Source: Candidatus Freyarchaeum deiterrae (GTDB taxonomy: Archaea > Asgardarchaeota > Jordiarchaeia > Jordiarchaeales > Jordiarchaeaceae). From it: a DNA stretch of 64,000 nt. The notes beneath the pieces are model-generated. The model did no database searches. It was not told the origin of the DNA and worked only from the letters and a program-made list of their open reading frames with translations. Of the stretch, positions 39,456-49,971 are shown piece after piece. Numbering within the stretch: position 1 is the first letter of the stretch; each line of letters opens with the position of its first letter. The stretch lies in the NCBI GenBank assembly GCA_037305845.1, contig CP147778.1, positions 2,272,001 through 2,336,000 on the forward strand. Direction: 5' to 3'. The position numbers and the translations under genes were made by a program.

Positions 39456-40865
39456 ATGAGCATGTTTGAGGACATACCCGTGGACGTAGGAGTAGTATAC
39501 GAAGGCGAGCGAATTCGTGGAAAAGATATGCAATTCGAATTCGGCGGACCAAACGTAGAAAAGAAATTCGAACTGGTACAAGCCCGCGAAATGAAAGAAA
39601 TCCAAGACGGAAAAGTCATCATACAAGGACCGAACCTAAAAGACTTTGAGGAAGGCAAGTCATACCCCCTCGGCATACTAATAGAAGTTGCAGGCAAGCA
39701 AGTCGAAAAGGACCTTGAGGCAGTACTTGAGAGACGAATACACGAATTCACCAACTACGTTGAAGGCCTCATGCACCTAAACCAGCGCTACGACATCTGG
39801 TTAAGACTAAGCAAAGGTTCTTTCAAGAAAGGTTTCAACTCATTTGACTTTTTAGGGAAGGTTCTAGCAAGACTCTTCAAATCCGAGTTCCCAATCATAG
39901 AAAAGATACAAATCACATTCATTACTGACCCAGCAAAGATTGAAGACTGGTATAGCAAAGCAATGAAAATCTACGAGGCAAGAGACGCAAGAGTTAGAGG
40001 AATGAAAGACGAGGACGTTAAAGAATTCTACGGATGCGTTCTATGCCAAAGTTTTGCACCAAGCCATGTATGCATCATATCCCCTAACAGGGTCTCCCTG
40101 TGTGGAGCCATAAATTGGTTCGACGCTAGGGCTGCCGCACGCATTGATCCGAAGGGACCAAACTTCATGATTGCCAAAGGCGATTTAGTCGACGAGGTTC
40201 ATGGAGAATATACGGGTGTAAATGAAGCAGCAAAGCAAAGATCACTCGGAGAAGTTCAGCAAGTTTATATGTACAGCATGTTTGGTCACCCACACACCAG
40301 CTGTGGATGCTTCGAAGCCATAGCCTTCTACATACCCGAGGTGGATGGAGTAGGAGTTGTGGACAGAGGTTTCGAAGGCACCGCAGTTAACGGCTTAGCG
40401 TTTTCAACCATGGCTAACCAGACTGGAGGAGGCAAACAGGTCGAAGGATTCAACGGCATCGCAATAGAATACATGCGAAGCCCGAAATTCTTACAAGCCG
40501 ACGGAGGATGGAACAGAGTAGTATGGCTACCCTCCAACGTAAAAGAAAAAATCCAAGACGCCATACCTCCAGAACTAAAAGACAAAATCGCAACCGAAAA
40601 AGACGCAACCAACACAACAGACCTAAAAGCATTCCTAAAAGAGAAAGGACACCCCGTAGTCGAAAAATGGCCCGCAGAAACTGTTGAAGCCGAAGCAGCG
40701 CCAGCAGAAGGCGTTTCCACCGAGTACGCTCTACCCCAAATGACAATGGCAGCAATGCCCGGATTTATTCCAGGCGTAGGTGAAGGCTTCCAATTAATCT
40801 TCAAAAACGTAAAAATCAAAGCTGACAAACTAATAATCAGAAAAGAAGAAAAAAAGAGTAAATAA
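39456..40865 (+). CDS. cdhC: CODH/ACS beta subunit (acetyl-CoA synthase)
   Basis: YEGERIR, CVLCQSFAP and PHTSCGCFE motifs. Confidence 0.97.
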   Translation: MSMFEDIPVDVGVVYEGERIRGKDMQFEFGGPNVEKKFELVQAREMKEIQDGKVIIQGPNLKDFEEGKSYPLGILIEVAGKQVEKDLEAVLERRIHEFTNYVEGLMHLNQRYDIWLRLSKGSFKKGFNSFDFLGKVLARLFKSEFPIIEKIQITFITDPAKIEDWYSKAMKIYEARDARVRGMKDEDVKEFYGCVLCQSFAPSHVCIISPNRVSLCGAINWFDARAAARIDPKGPNFMIAKGDLVDEVHGEYTGVNEAAKQRSLGEVQQVYMYSMFGHPHTSCGCFEAIAFYIPEVDGVGVVDRGFEGTAVNGLAFSTMANQTGGGKQVEGFNGIAIEYMRSPKFLQADGGWNRVVWLPSNVKEKIQDAIPPELKDKIATEKDATNTTDLKAFLKEKGHPVVEKWPAETVEAEAAPAEGVSTEYALPQMTMAAMPGFIPGVGEGFQLIFKNVKIKADKLIIRKEEKKSK

Positions 40866-40879
40866 ATGAGGGATAACAA

Positions 40880-42094
40880 ATGCCTAGTGACGATGTAACA
40901 AAACTTGGCAAAAATATACTATCAATACTGGAAAAATTTGGTGAACTAGAACTGCAAGACGTTACCCTAGAAGCTGATGAACTGGTACTTAAAATGGCCG
41001 CAGGGGTGGCTTCTATGGTTCCTAGAGCCATAGCCCCTGGGGTCGTACCCACAGTGGCAAAACCTTTCCAGCTTCTAGAAGAAAAATTCAAGCCTCCAGT
41101 ACAGACATATCCTGGTCAAATAGTAGAAGTACAATTTGGTCAAACCCGTGCTGAAGGAGGCACTCGAAAACAGATCCGTAAAATTGGTGGAGAAAAGGTT
41201 CCGCCATTCTACCGTTTTGAATACGATAACCCCAACAGACCCCTAGTCACCTTCGACGTTTTCGACATGAGAATGAACCTACCCAAACCAATCAGGGATC
41301 ACTTCGACGAGGTAATGGACGACCCGGCGGAGTGGGCGAAGAAATCCCTCAAGGAATATGGCGCAGACCTTGTAACAGTGCACCTAATCAGTACAGACCC
41401 CTACATCAAAAACACCCCTGCAAAACAAGCCGCAAAAACCATAGAAGACGTACTACAAGCAATAGACACCCCCCTGCTCATAGGAGGATCCGGAAACCCG
41501 GAAAAGGACCCCGAAGTCCTTGAAGCTGCCGCAGAAGCCGCACAAAATGAAAGACTCATGTTAAACTCCGCATCCGACAACCTCGACTGGAAAAGAATAG
41601 TCGAAGCCGCCAAAAAGAACAACCACAACGTACTCTCCTGGACCCAGCTAGATGTCAACAATCAGAAGAAAATGAACCAGCTAATCCTTGATGCAGGTCT
41701 ACCCAAAGACCACATCGTACAAGATGCAACCACTGCCGCCCTAGGATACGGACTAGAATACTCTTTCAGCATCTACGAAAGAATCAGAATGGCTGCCCTA
41801 AAAGGAGATAAAGACCTACAAATGCCACTCTCCTCAGGAACCACGAATGCTTGGGGTGCAAGAGAAGCTTACATGAGCGACAAAAAGAAAGGACCCGAAT
41901 GGGGAACAGTCAACTTCCGAGGCCCGCTATGGGAAGCAACTACTGGACTCTCACTGGCACTAAACGGCTGTGACATCTTCATGATGCTACACCCTGCTAG
42001 CGTTAAAATATTCAAAACAGTCGTCGAGTATCTAACCTCCAAAAAGAAAGACAAACCCAGCCCGCTCTTAAACTGGGTAACCACAAAAGTATAA
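40880..42094 (+). CDS. cdhD: Corrinoid Fe-S protein small (delta) subunit
   Basis: GGSGNPEKD, ALGYGLEY and NAWGAREA motifs. Confidence 0.95.
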   Translation: MPSDDVTKLGKNILSILEKFGELELQDVTLEADELVLKMAAGVASMVPRAIAPGVVPTVAKPFQLLEEKFKPPVQTYPGQIVEVQFGQTRAEGGTRKQIRKIGGEKVPPFYRFEYDNPNRPLVTFDVFDMRMNLPKPIRDHFDEVMDDPAEWAKKSLKEYGADLVTVHLISTDPYIKNTPAKQAAKTIEDVLQAIDTPLLIGGSGNPEKDPEVLEAAAEAAQNERLMLNSASDNLDWKRIVEAAKKNNHNVLSWTQLDVNNQKKMNQLILDAGLPKDHIVQDATTAALGYGLEYSFSIYERIRMAALKGDKDLQMPLSSGTTNAWGAREAYMSDKKKGPEWGTVNFRGPLWEATTGLSLALNGCDIFMMLHPASVKIFKTVVEYLTSKKKDKPSPLLNWVTTKV

Positions 42095-42099
42095 AAAAG

Positions 42100-43878
42100 G
42101 TGAAAAAAATGTCACGATTAAAACCCCTAGACATTTACAACCTACTACCCAGAACTAACTGCAAAGTATGTGGCGAAGATACCTGCATGGCCTTCGTTTA
42201 CCTACTCATGAACCACGAAGCAGAACTAGAAGCCTGCAAGCCAATATTTGAACCCAAATACAAGCAAAGCTACACGAAACTCAGAGAAATTCTAACTGCT
42301 CCAGTGAGGGCTATTAAATTCGGAGAAGGCGAGCATGAGAAGGTAATAGGCGGAAAAGAAGTCATGAGGCGCCATGATCTTACATGGTACAATCCTACAG
42401 TATTAGCAATAGATGTCCACGATGAAATGGACGAGAAAGAACTAGCAAAACGAGTAGACCTAGTCACACACTGGGGAACCTTCTACATAGGACAAACACT
42501 CATGCTTGACGCAATTGCAATCAAATGCGTATCAGGTGACCCCAACAAATTCGCAAATACAGTGAAGGCAGTCATCAAGAACACCGACTGGCCCATAATC
42601 CTCTGCTCCTTAGACCCCGCATGCCTAAAAGCAGGAATAAAAGCCGCCGCTGGAAAGAAACCGCTACTTTACGCTGCCACAAAAGACAATTGGAAAGAAG
42701 TCGGAGAAATCGCAAGAAGCGAAAAACTCCCAGTAGTGGTAGCCGCACCAGGAGACTTAGATCAACTGAAAACTTTAGCAAAATCACTGCACGAAGCGGG
42801 AGTAGAAGAAATAGCCCTTGACCCAGGAACCTTCTGGGGAGAAGGATTATTCTCCGATACTGTAAACAACTTTACAATGCTGAGAAGAGCCGCAATAGAA
42901 AATAACGATAAAGCTGTGGGATGGCCACTAATAGGCGTTCCCGCTACAATCTGGATCGGCAAAGAAGGAGTCTCCGAAGGTGATAGACTAGCAACCGCTT
43001 TTCAGGAAACTATCATGTCTGCAGTATTAACTGCCAGATATGCCGACCTACTAATCATTCACTCAACAGAACTTTGGACATTCCTACCACTAGTGTTCCT
43101 TAAAAAGAACCTCTACGCAGACCCCCGAATACACCCTGCAGTTAAATCCGAAGTCATGTCAGTAGGGACACCAGACCAAAACAGTCCAGTAATGATAACA
43201 ACAAACTTCGCCCTAACAGCGTACACAGTAAAATCAGACCTAGAACAAGCCAAATTAAGCGCATGGCTCATAGTCATGGACACTGGCGGCATAGGAGTTG
43301 AGTCTTCGGCTGCTGGTGGTCAGTTTAATGCAAGTAAAGTGTCTGAGGCGATTCAGGAGTTTAAGGTTGGAGACAATGTTGCTCACAGGGCTTTAATTAT
43401 TCCAGGTATGGGTGCCAGGTTCAAAGGTGAGATTGAGGATCAATCCGGCTGGGATGTTTATGTTGGTCCCAGGGACTCCGGTGGTATCGGCGACTTTCTG
43501 AAGGAGAAATACAGAGCAGTGACGGGTCTTAAGTACGTGGGAGATCCAGGTAAGGACAGTCCAATGATTTTGACTACAAACAACATCAAGTCCTTCTACG
43601 AGGTTAAGAAGCCATTGCTGGATGCCAAAGCTTCGGCGTGGCTGGTTGTGGTGGACACCGAAGGTCTAGACGTAGCCTCTGCTGTGAAAGAGAAGAAGTT
43701 AGACGCTGCATCCGTGAAGAAAGTCATGGATGAAGGCACTGCTGACGAGCAGGTTACAAAGAAGGAACTAATAATTCCGCCTGCTGCAGAGTCGTTGAAG
43801 ACCAGCATTGAGAGCGCCACCAAGTGGAAAGTAAAAGTCGTCGCTCCAGAAAAACTTGCAGGAACAATAAAGAAATAA
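42100..43878 (+). CDS. cdhE: Corrinoid Fe-S protein large (gamma) subunit with a duplicated C-terminal domain
   Basis: LPRTNCKVCGEDTCMAF, ITTNFALT and VGPRDS motifs, followed by about 120 extra aa. Confidence 0.94.
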   Translation: MKKMSRLKPLDIYNLLPRTNCKVCGEDTCMAFVYLLMNHEAELEACKPIFEPKYKQSYTKLREILTAPVRAIKFGEGEHEKVIGGKEVMRRHDLTWYNPTVLAIDVHDEMDEKELAKRVDLVTHWGTFYIGQTLMLDAIAIKCVSGDPNKFANTVKAVIKNTDWPIILCSLDPACLKAGIKAAAGKKPLLYAATKDNWKEVGEIARSEKLPVVVAAPGDLDQLKTLAKSLHEAGVEEIALDPGTFWGEGLFSDTVNNFTMLRRAAIENNDKAVGWPLIGVPATIWIGKEGVSEGDRLATAFQETIMSAVLTARYADLLIIHSTELWTFLPLVFLKKNLYADPRIHPAVKSEVMSVGTPDQNSPVMITTNFALTAYTVKSDLEQAKLSAWLIVMDTGGIGVESSAAGGQFNASKVSEAIQEFKVGDNVAHRALIIPGMGARFKGEIEDQSGWDVYVGPRDSGGIGDFLKEKYRAVTGLKYVGDPGKDSPMILTTNNIKSFYEVKKPLLDAKASAWLVVVDTEGLDVASAVKEKKLDAASVKKVMDEGTADEQVTKKELIIPPAAESLKTSIESATKWKVKVVAPEKLAGTIKK

Positions 43879-44099
43879 ACTCTCCCCCCTTCTTTCTTTA
43901 TTTTGTTTTTCTGTTTTAGGTTTTGATTAGCTCGTTTTTTGAATGTTTTTTAAATAGTCATTATAACCTTTTGGGCTCATTTTGTAGATATTAGACAAAG
44001 TTGAAGAATTAATTGTTGGAGTCTTGGTTTAGCGTATTATTAGAACTGGGCAATATGCGTGTCTGCTTACTTTTTCTGAGACGCTGCCTATAGTGAGGA

Positions 44100-44552
44100 T
44101 TAAACTAGGTTTTTCATCATTTCAAATCCGTTGCGATTTTTTCCATAGTAATCTTTTAGTTCTCTATTTGTTTTGTATCCAAATTTTTGGTACAGGTTAA
44201 GAGCTGATGTGTTGTTAACCTCTACTTCAAGTATGGAAAGAGCTGCCCCCCTTTTTTTGAATTCGTTTTCCAATGTTTGAATCAGCTTTAAAGCTATGCC
44301 CCTCCTTCTGAATTCTGGTTTAACATCTAGAGTATATATTCTTCCAACGCTAAAGGAGTTTTGGAGGACGCCGGCTATGAATCCGACGATTTCGTCGCTT
44401 ATTTGGGCTTTGAGGAAAATGGAATTATGCTGAACTATTAAGAATTTTATGAATGATTTGGGAAACGCGTTTTCCTGAAAACACTCCATCTCAATTTTGT
44501 GTAAGGTGTCTAAATCCTTTACTTCCGCTTTTTCGATTAAAATTTCAGTCAT
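44100..44552 (-). CDS. RimI/Ard1-like GNAT acetyltransferase
   Basis: FRRRGIA, LEVEVNN..ALNLYQKFGY and DYY motifs. Confidence 0.88.
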   Translation of the reverse strand: MTEILIEKAEVKDLDTLHKIEMECFQENAFPKSFIKFLIVQHNSIFLKAQISDEIVGFIAGVLQNSFSVGRIYTLDVKPEFRRRGIALKLIQTLENEFKKRGAALSILEVEVNNTSALNLYQKFGYKTNRELKDYYGKNRNGFEMMKNLV

Positions 44553-44826
44553 TAGCTAAACACTGCCCCACGGTACCCATTTTTTAAAACTTTCAAAATT
44601 GGATGTTGCTTGTTAAATTTCCGTTTTAGCGCAATCGACCTAACTACACAACTTGCAATGTAGACTCTTAGGCCTTCATACTTTTTTATTTATTTAAACT
44701 TATAATATTCTTCCTATTTAAGAGATAAATTTGTAAATACTTATTGTGTATTATCACAACATAATCAAAAGAATTATAAGCACCAACAACCTAAGTTATA
44801 AAAACGATGCATCTGAGGCCAAATAG

Positions 44827-45249
44827 TTGGGAAATTGGGAAGTTCAATTGAATTCACCAGCGGAAAGACTAGTATTTAATGATACTAGACGAGAAATAGG
44901 AAAAGAGATACTACGACTTAGTTTCCTTCAACATCTCGCTGAAGACGGAGAAATAATTAGAAGAGAAATGAGAGTCACAGACCCCGAAGGCAAAACTCGA
45001 TATTCGGACACCTTTCTAATAATAGACCTAAAAGACGAATCCGGAAGCTTTACTCTACTTTTTGAACACCATTCAAATTTGGGCATACGCATAGTGGGAG
45101 TTAAAAGCCGCCTTGGAAGAACGCAAAAGATAGTTGGACATCTTGAGGAAATCGCCAAAATTGAAAATCACAAAGAAATTAAAATTACACTTCCACCAAC
45201 TTATAGAATAAGCACTAGAACCATTAAAACCCCACAAATAGTCGATTAA
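44827..45249 (+). CDS. Hypothetical protein, paralog of 46470-46856
   Basis: Shares W-x-V, RR-x-x-GK, PEG-x-x-RY-x-D-x-F and GIRIVGV with the paralog. Confidence 0.75.
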   Translation: MGNWEVQLNSPAERLVFNDTRREIGKEILRLSFLQHLAEDGEIIRREMRVTDPEGKTRYSDTFLIIDLKDESGSFTLLFEHHSNLGIRIVGVKSRLGRTQKIVGHLEEIAKIENHKEIKITLPPTYRISTRTIKTPQIVD

Positions 45250-45480
45250 CTCTTTCAATTACCCACTCATTTTTAGTCTTTACTCAGATAATTCAAAAAT
45301 TAAGAATTTTTAGAGAATAAATAATATTTCTAGTCCAAGAATTTCTTGCAAAATCTACCAATAAGTCTTGACACGATACAATCCTACTAGAAAAATTTGG
45401 AATTAAAATTAGAGGAAAAATTGATGAAACAAAAATTGAGTCAGCGGCTATTAGAAGCTCTCTCAGCGTAGGAACATATC

Positions 45481-46245
45481 CTATGATTCTAGTTTCGACT
45501 TAATGATTTGGGAAACCACTTGATATGCTGGGTCATCGTCCGGTAGTGTGAGTAACGATTTTCCCTGTAGATTATATTGCGCTAGTTGATCGTCTGGGGG
45601 AATGGTTGCAATGTATTCTAGGTTGTATTTTTTTGCTTGTTCTTTTACCGCGGGTTCAATATCTGGTGTTATCCTATTACCGACCAGGTATATGTGCTCA
45701 AAATTCGATTTAAGGGATTTCGCCAAATCTCTAATGTGGGCTGCGGTTTGGATTCCCATTCTTGAAGCGTCTGAAATTAAGAACATGTAATTTACATTCT
45801 TACTCGTTCTTCGACTTACATGTTCTAAACCTGCGGGTAGGTCTAACAGAGTGAATATGTAGTTTTTTGTTAGCGTATCCATAATCTTGGTTAGCAGATT
45901 ATTCACGCTACAGTAGCAACCCTCTCGCTCAGTTGTTCCCATAACCAATAAGTCAAAATCGTCGCCCTCATGCAGAACACTGAAAATTAGAGATTCTAGG
46001 TATTCCCCTTTATCAACTCCTGGAGCCATTTGACTCATCTTTCCTTTAAAATCTGCTACAACACTTCCTACAGTCTTTTTAACATTAACATCCAAAACTT
46101 GGGGCATATTGGAGTCAGCATCACCGTCGACAACCAAAATCTCCTTTCTGTTAGATTTTATTAGCGTTTTTAAGGCTAAAGCGAGAAAACTTGTTTTCCC
46201 GACTCCTCCTTTTCCGGATACTGCAATTATTTTATTTCCTTGCAT
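45481..46245 (-). CDS. cooC: CooC/AcsF nickel-insertion ATPase
   Basis: SGKGGVGKT, EGCYC and AGLEHVSR motifs. Confidence 0.9.
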   Translation of the reverse strand: MQGNKIIAVSGKGGVGKTSFLALALKTLIKSNRKEILVVDGDADSNMPQVLDVNVKKTVGSVVADFKGKMSQMAPGVDKGEYLESLIFSVLHEGDDFDLLVMGTTEREGCYCSVNNLLTKIMDTLTKNYIFTLLDLPAGLEHVSRRTSKNVNYMFLISDASRMGIQTAAHIRDLAKSLKSNFEHIYLVGNRITPDIEPAVKEQAKKYNLEYIATIPPDDQLAQYNLQGKSLLTLPDDDPAYQVVSQIIKSKLES

Positions 46246-46469
46246 AAGCACATCCCCGAATAACATTTAACTTATCATGTTGCCGGTAAAGTGGAGGAAT
46301 AAATACTTTTTGTCTATAAAAAATACCTTATTTTCTTATCGAATTATCTTTGCTTACAAAAATATAATAGTATTAATTTCTAGTTATCTTGATACCAAAT
46401 TTTATTAGTGCGTTTACTCTTTAAATTCACTAGGAGTGGTGTCATTTTTACTCAGAAGGTGTAAGGCTA

Positions 46470-46856
46470 ATGTCTTCCTGGAAGGTGAAGATAGATTCTA
46501 TGGGAGAAACTCCTTATGAGTTTTTGGATTCTCGTCGAAAGACGGGTAAGGATGTTCTCAGGCCAGAGTTTTTACACGATTTGTCGCAAAAGGGGGAAGT
46601 AATAGAAGACGATTTGCATGTTGTGGGGCCAGAGGGAAGAGGAAGATACACCGATGCCTTTGTCATTATATCTCTCAGTGATAATAAGGGGGGGTTTATG
46701 TTGCTTATGGAGAATTACATGGTGGGCATAAGAATCGTTGGTGTTAGAGGTAGCATTGATATCTCCGAGAAGCTAATAGAACTTTTGCAAGACACTGTAA
46801 GGTATTCTCAGAACATTAAGGTAAGCATTATTACCCCTAAAGGCTATAAAATTTAA
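46470..46856 (+). CDS. Hypothetical protein, paralog of 44827-45249
   Basis: See paralog. AAGGTG SD. Confidence 0.75.
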   Translation: MSSWKVKIDSMGETPYEFLDSRRKTGKDVLRPEFLHDLSQKGEVIEDDLHVVGPEGRGRYTDAFVIISLSDNKGGFMLLMENYMVGIRIVGVRGSIDISEKLIELLQDTVRYSQNIKVSIITPKGYKI

Positions 46857-46882
46857 AAAGTAAAAGCTCAATAATCTGTTTT

Positions 46883-47659
46883 TCACTTTAACCATTTTAA
46901 ATTTTTGATTCCGGGTATTATTTCCTGGGCTCCGGTTATGTTTACTATTAAAGTGTTTGTTTGCGACGCTAGCCAACTTATTAAACTTTTAGCGTATTCT
47001 AGTTTTTTTCTTTTAGTTGGTGTTACCGATACATCTGTTTTGTAATTTGGTTTCGAGTATTTTCCAATGTACTCGCCAAAATCGAAACCCGCTAAAAGAA
47101 TTGTATGGGCTCCCATTGCGTCTGCTAGGAATATAGCTCGATCTCCGTCGGTGAATCCTGAAAAGTTGAATACGTGAGTTAACGGTTTTGTTTGTGTGGT
47201 GCCAATGAGAACCCCAGGCATATTTTTTACGAACTTTTTAAGCGCCGGAATATTGTCACCGTGTGCATGAACGACTAGGATAGCGCCCCTGCTATTCGCT
47301 AAAATTATATCTTTAATCTGCCCGTCGAGATCTGAAACAATTATTTCCGGAACCATATCTTCTCCAAGTAGCGCTGATGTTGCGCCATCTGCAGCTATCT
47401 GGCAGCATACTCTGTTTAAACCAACTCTTTTGATCTCAGAAATGTTTCTCTCTAAGGAAGGCCCACAACCGTAAACCAAAACACACTTGTTAAGAACTTT
47501 TTCTTTCAGAAGACTCAACTGCCTTTCTGGGTCTTGGTTTTCAAGCATTTTTTCCAAAATTTCTGCAGCTTCTGTATCCGCATCCCTACTGTACCCAAAA
47601 TCGTTTATGATTCTTTGATACCACGAATTCCACTCATTGAAGCTCAATTTCTTTGACAT
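46883..47659 (-). CDS. mptE: 6-hydroxymethyl-7,8-dihydropterin pyrophosphokinase (archaeal)
   Basis: IAADGA, VSDLDG, VHAHGDN and GFTDGDRA motifs. Confidence 0.92.
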   Translation of the reverse strand: MSKKLSFNEWNSWYQRIINDFGYSRDADTEAAEILEKMLENQDPERQLSLLKEKVLNKCVLVYGCGPSLERNISEIKRVGLNRVCCQIAADGATSALLGEDMVPEIIVSDLDGQIKDIILANSRGAILVVHAHGDNIPALKKFVKNMPGVLIGTTQTKPLTHVFNFSGFTDGDRAIFLADAMGAHTILLAGFDFGEYIGKYSKPNYKTDVSVTPTKRKKLEYAKSLISWLASQTNTLIVNITGAQEIIPGIKNLKWLK

Positions 47660-49076
47660 CTTTGGGCTCCTTCTTTACAAGATCCATTGCCTCTTCGAAG
47701 CTAGGTAGCGAAGATCTTGCACCCAGCTCTCTGGTTGCTAGAGCAGCAGAAGCAGAGGCGAAACGTATACAATCCTTTAATTCCTCAAACCCTTTTTCCT
47801 GTAGTAAAGCGGCAATTAGACCAGCAGAAAAGGCGTCGCCGGCACCGATTTCGTCTACACTTTTAACGTCATAGGCATCTATATGGAAACTAAAATCCTT
47901 TGTGTATGTATCACACCCTTTCGTTCCTCTCGTGATTATGAAAATATCAGGCCCCTTTTCCAAAATTTCATTTAGGCTTTTAACACCCTTTTCTTTTAAA
48001 CTCTGCCAACCAGTATCGTTAATAATAAGAATGTTTGTATTTCTAAGTATCCCTTCTAGTTTTTCCAAACCCTGAACTAGGTAATGAATAGTTGGACGGT
48101 AGATGATTGTTTTTCCTAGGTTTTTACCGTATCCCGCAATTAATTCACTAATTTCAAGAAAGGTTTCACCTATGTAGAAAATCTCCGCGTCTTTCATTTG
48201 GTTCCAGTTGATTTCATCAGGGATTGTTATGGATAAAGCGGTGTCCTTTGTCGCATAAATGTACGTTCTTTTCTTTTGAACCTCTCCAGAAATAATGAAG
48301 CTTCTAGAAGTTCTCTTATCCCTATCGATAATAACACTAGAAACATCCACACCATCTTTAATGAATTCACTTAGCAACTGCCATCCAGCTCGGTCACCGC
48401 CCAGTTTTCCTATGAAGCTGGTTTTCACCCCCAGCTTTGAGAGAGCAACGGCAACATTGCCTCCCGAACCTCCAGGAAACTCGTGTAACTCATACAAAAG
48501 ATGTGAGCCCCCTGTTTCACCCTTTTCCTCCAGTAAAGAAGATGTGTCCAAGGCCACCGAACCGAATACAAGAGCACTGGGTATTTCCAATTTTGAAGAC
48601 TTTGATAGTTTTATTAAACCCTCACCCATAGACTTTGAGAAAATGCTCTCTAACCGACTGAAATCAAGTCCACTCTTCAAGCATAGTTCTACCGCATTAT
48701 CGAGATAAATACTGAAAAGTTCTTCCAACACTTCACCAAGATCAGTTGTAGACAACTTTCTTTCAAACATAAGCAGTATCCAGCGTCCCGTAGATGAAGG
48801 TTTATAAGCGATGATTCTACGTCCTCCCTCAATCTGGAATTCCTCTTTGATAACTTTCAATTCAATAAGAGTTTTCAGGTGTGCGATTACGGTCTTATTA
48901 GAATAATCAAGTTGCTGTATAATATCCTTTTGACGCACTGTTCCTTCATTTATTTTTTCCAGAATACTTATACTTATTGGAGAACCCAGAACTTCAGTAA
49001 GAAACTTCTTCAACACTTCAGGTTCCGCTGGAAGAAAAATTAGATACGGCCAAATCTCACCTTCAGGGCTACCCAT
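47634..49076 (-). CDS. Winged-helix/PfkB kinase fusion
   Basis: N-terminal HTH (RQKDIIQQLDYSNKTVIAHLKTL). PGGSGGNVA and DEIGAGDAF motifs. Confidence 0.85.
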   Translation of the reverse strand: MGSPEGEIWPYLIFLPAEPEVLKKFLTEVLGSPISISILEKINEGTVRQKDIIQQLDYSNKTVIAHLKTLIELKVIKEEFQIEGGRRIIAYKPSSTGRWILLMFERKLSTTDLGEVLEELFSIYLDNAVELCLKSGLDFSRLESIFSKSMGEGLIKLSKSSKLEIPSALVFGSVALDTSSLLEEKGETGGSHLLYELHEFPGGSGGNVAVALSKLGVKTSFIGKLGGDRAGWQLLSEFIKDGVDVSSVIIDRDKRTSRSFIISGEVQKKRTYIYATKDTALSITIPDEINWNQMKDAEIFYIGETFLEISELIAGYGKNLGKTIIYRPTIHYLVQGLEKLEGILRNTNILIINDTGWQSLKEKGVKSLNEILEKGPDIFIITRGTKGCDTYTKDFSFHIDAYDVKSVDEIGAGDAFSAGLIAALLQEKGFEELKDCIRFASASAALATRELGARSSLPSFEEAMDLVKKEPKDVKEIELQ

Positions 49077-49492
49077 TAATCCTCCTCCTCCTCAATTTTT
49101 TCAATAAACATTAGAGGAAAATCCAACTCCGAAACAAAGGACATTCGCATATACACTCGAGTTTTACCATATTTTGATACCAGCTTAACTGAAAGATGTT
49201 TTCCCCCCACTTCACTATAATCATAAGGATGCGAACCTTCCTTGATTTCACTTAAATCGATTTTTATTTCAACCTTCTCAATATAGGGTTGGAGAGACAT
49301 GGATTTTTCTATCGCTTTTTCAAGCGCTGAAACAACCTTGGTATCTCTAGAAATAGGTGTCCCTACAAATTGATGATACGTAGCACCCATGGTTATAGCT
49401 CCCTCAAAAATAGCTCTATCCCTATCTGTCACATCCTTTCCAAAGTATCTCTTTGCCTTCGCTTCAAACTCTTCTATTCTCGGCATATGCAA
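49076..49492 (-). CDS. mptD: Dihydroneopterin aldolase (archaeal, DUF381)
   Basis: DRAIFEGAITMGATYHQFVGTP and FPLMF motifs. Confidence 0.9.
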   Translation of the reverse strand: MHMPRIEEFEAKAKRYFGKDVTDRDRAIFEGAITMGATYHQFVGTPISRDTKVVSALEKAIEKSMSLQPYIEKVEIKIDLSEIKEGSHPYDYSEVGGKHLSVKLVSKYGKTRVYMRMSFVSELDFPLMFIEKIEEEED

Positions 49493-49971
49493 TCATCCTT
49501 AAATTAACCAATTAGTAGTTTAACTCCAATTAAATGATTATTCATGAAAATCGGAATTCCTGATACAAGTTCTAATATTTTTCGTGTATTGCTTCATTAA
49601 TTTCTTTTCCCCGCTATTTAACTAATCCTCATTTTCTGCTCATTTTCACAAATAATTTGTATGAAAAATAACTAGAAAATCGGCTTGGATAAATATTTTC
49701 GAAATCAATTGAGTGAATTTTTTAGTTGATTCGGATTATATGCACTCAAATTGATAATGGGTTGGGCATATTTTTTAATCGATAAATGTTAATAACTCTC
49801 CAAAATATAGTTTTAACAGTGAATTTTGGGTCATTTTGAGACGATTTACATCCTGTATTGTAACAAAAATCTTGAAATAAAAAGTGGCTCGAAATTTATG
49901 GCATCTCTAGTTTGGAAGCTAACTCATCAAGTCTTGATTAAAATGTTTGAAAAAGGTATTGAGGGATTTAA

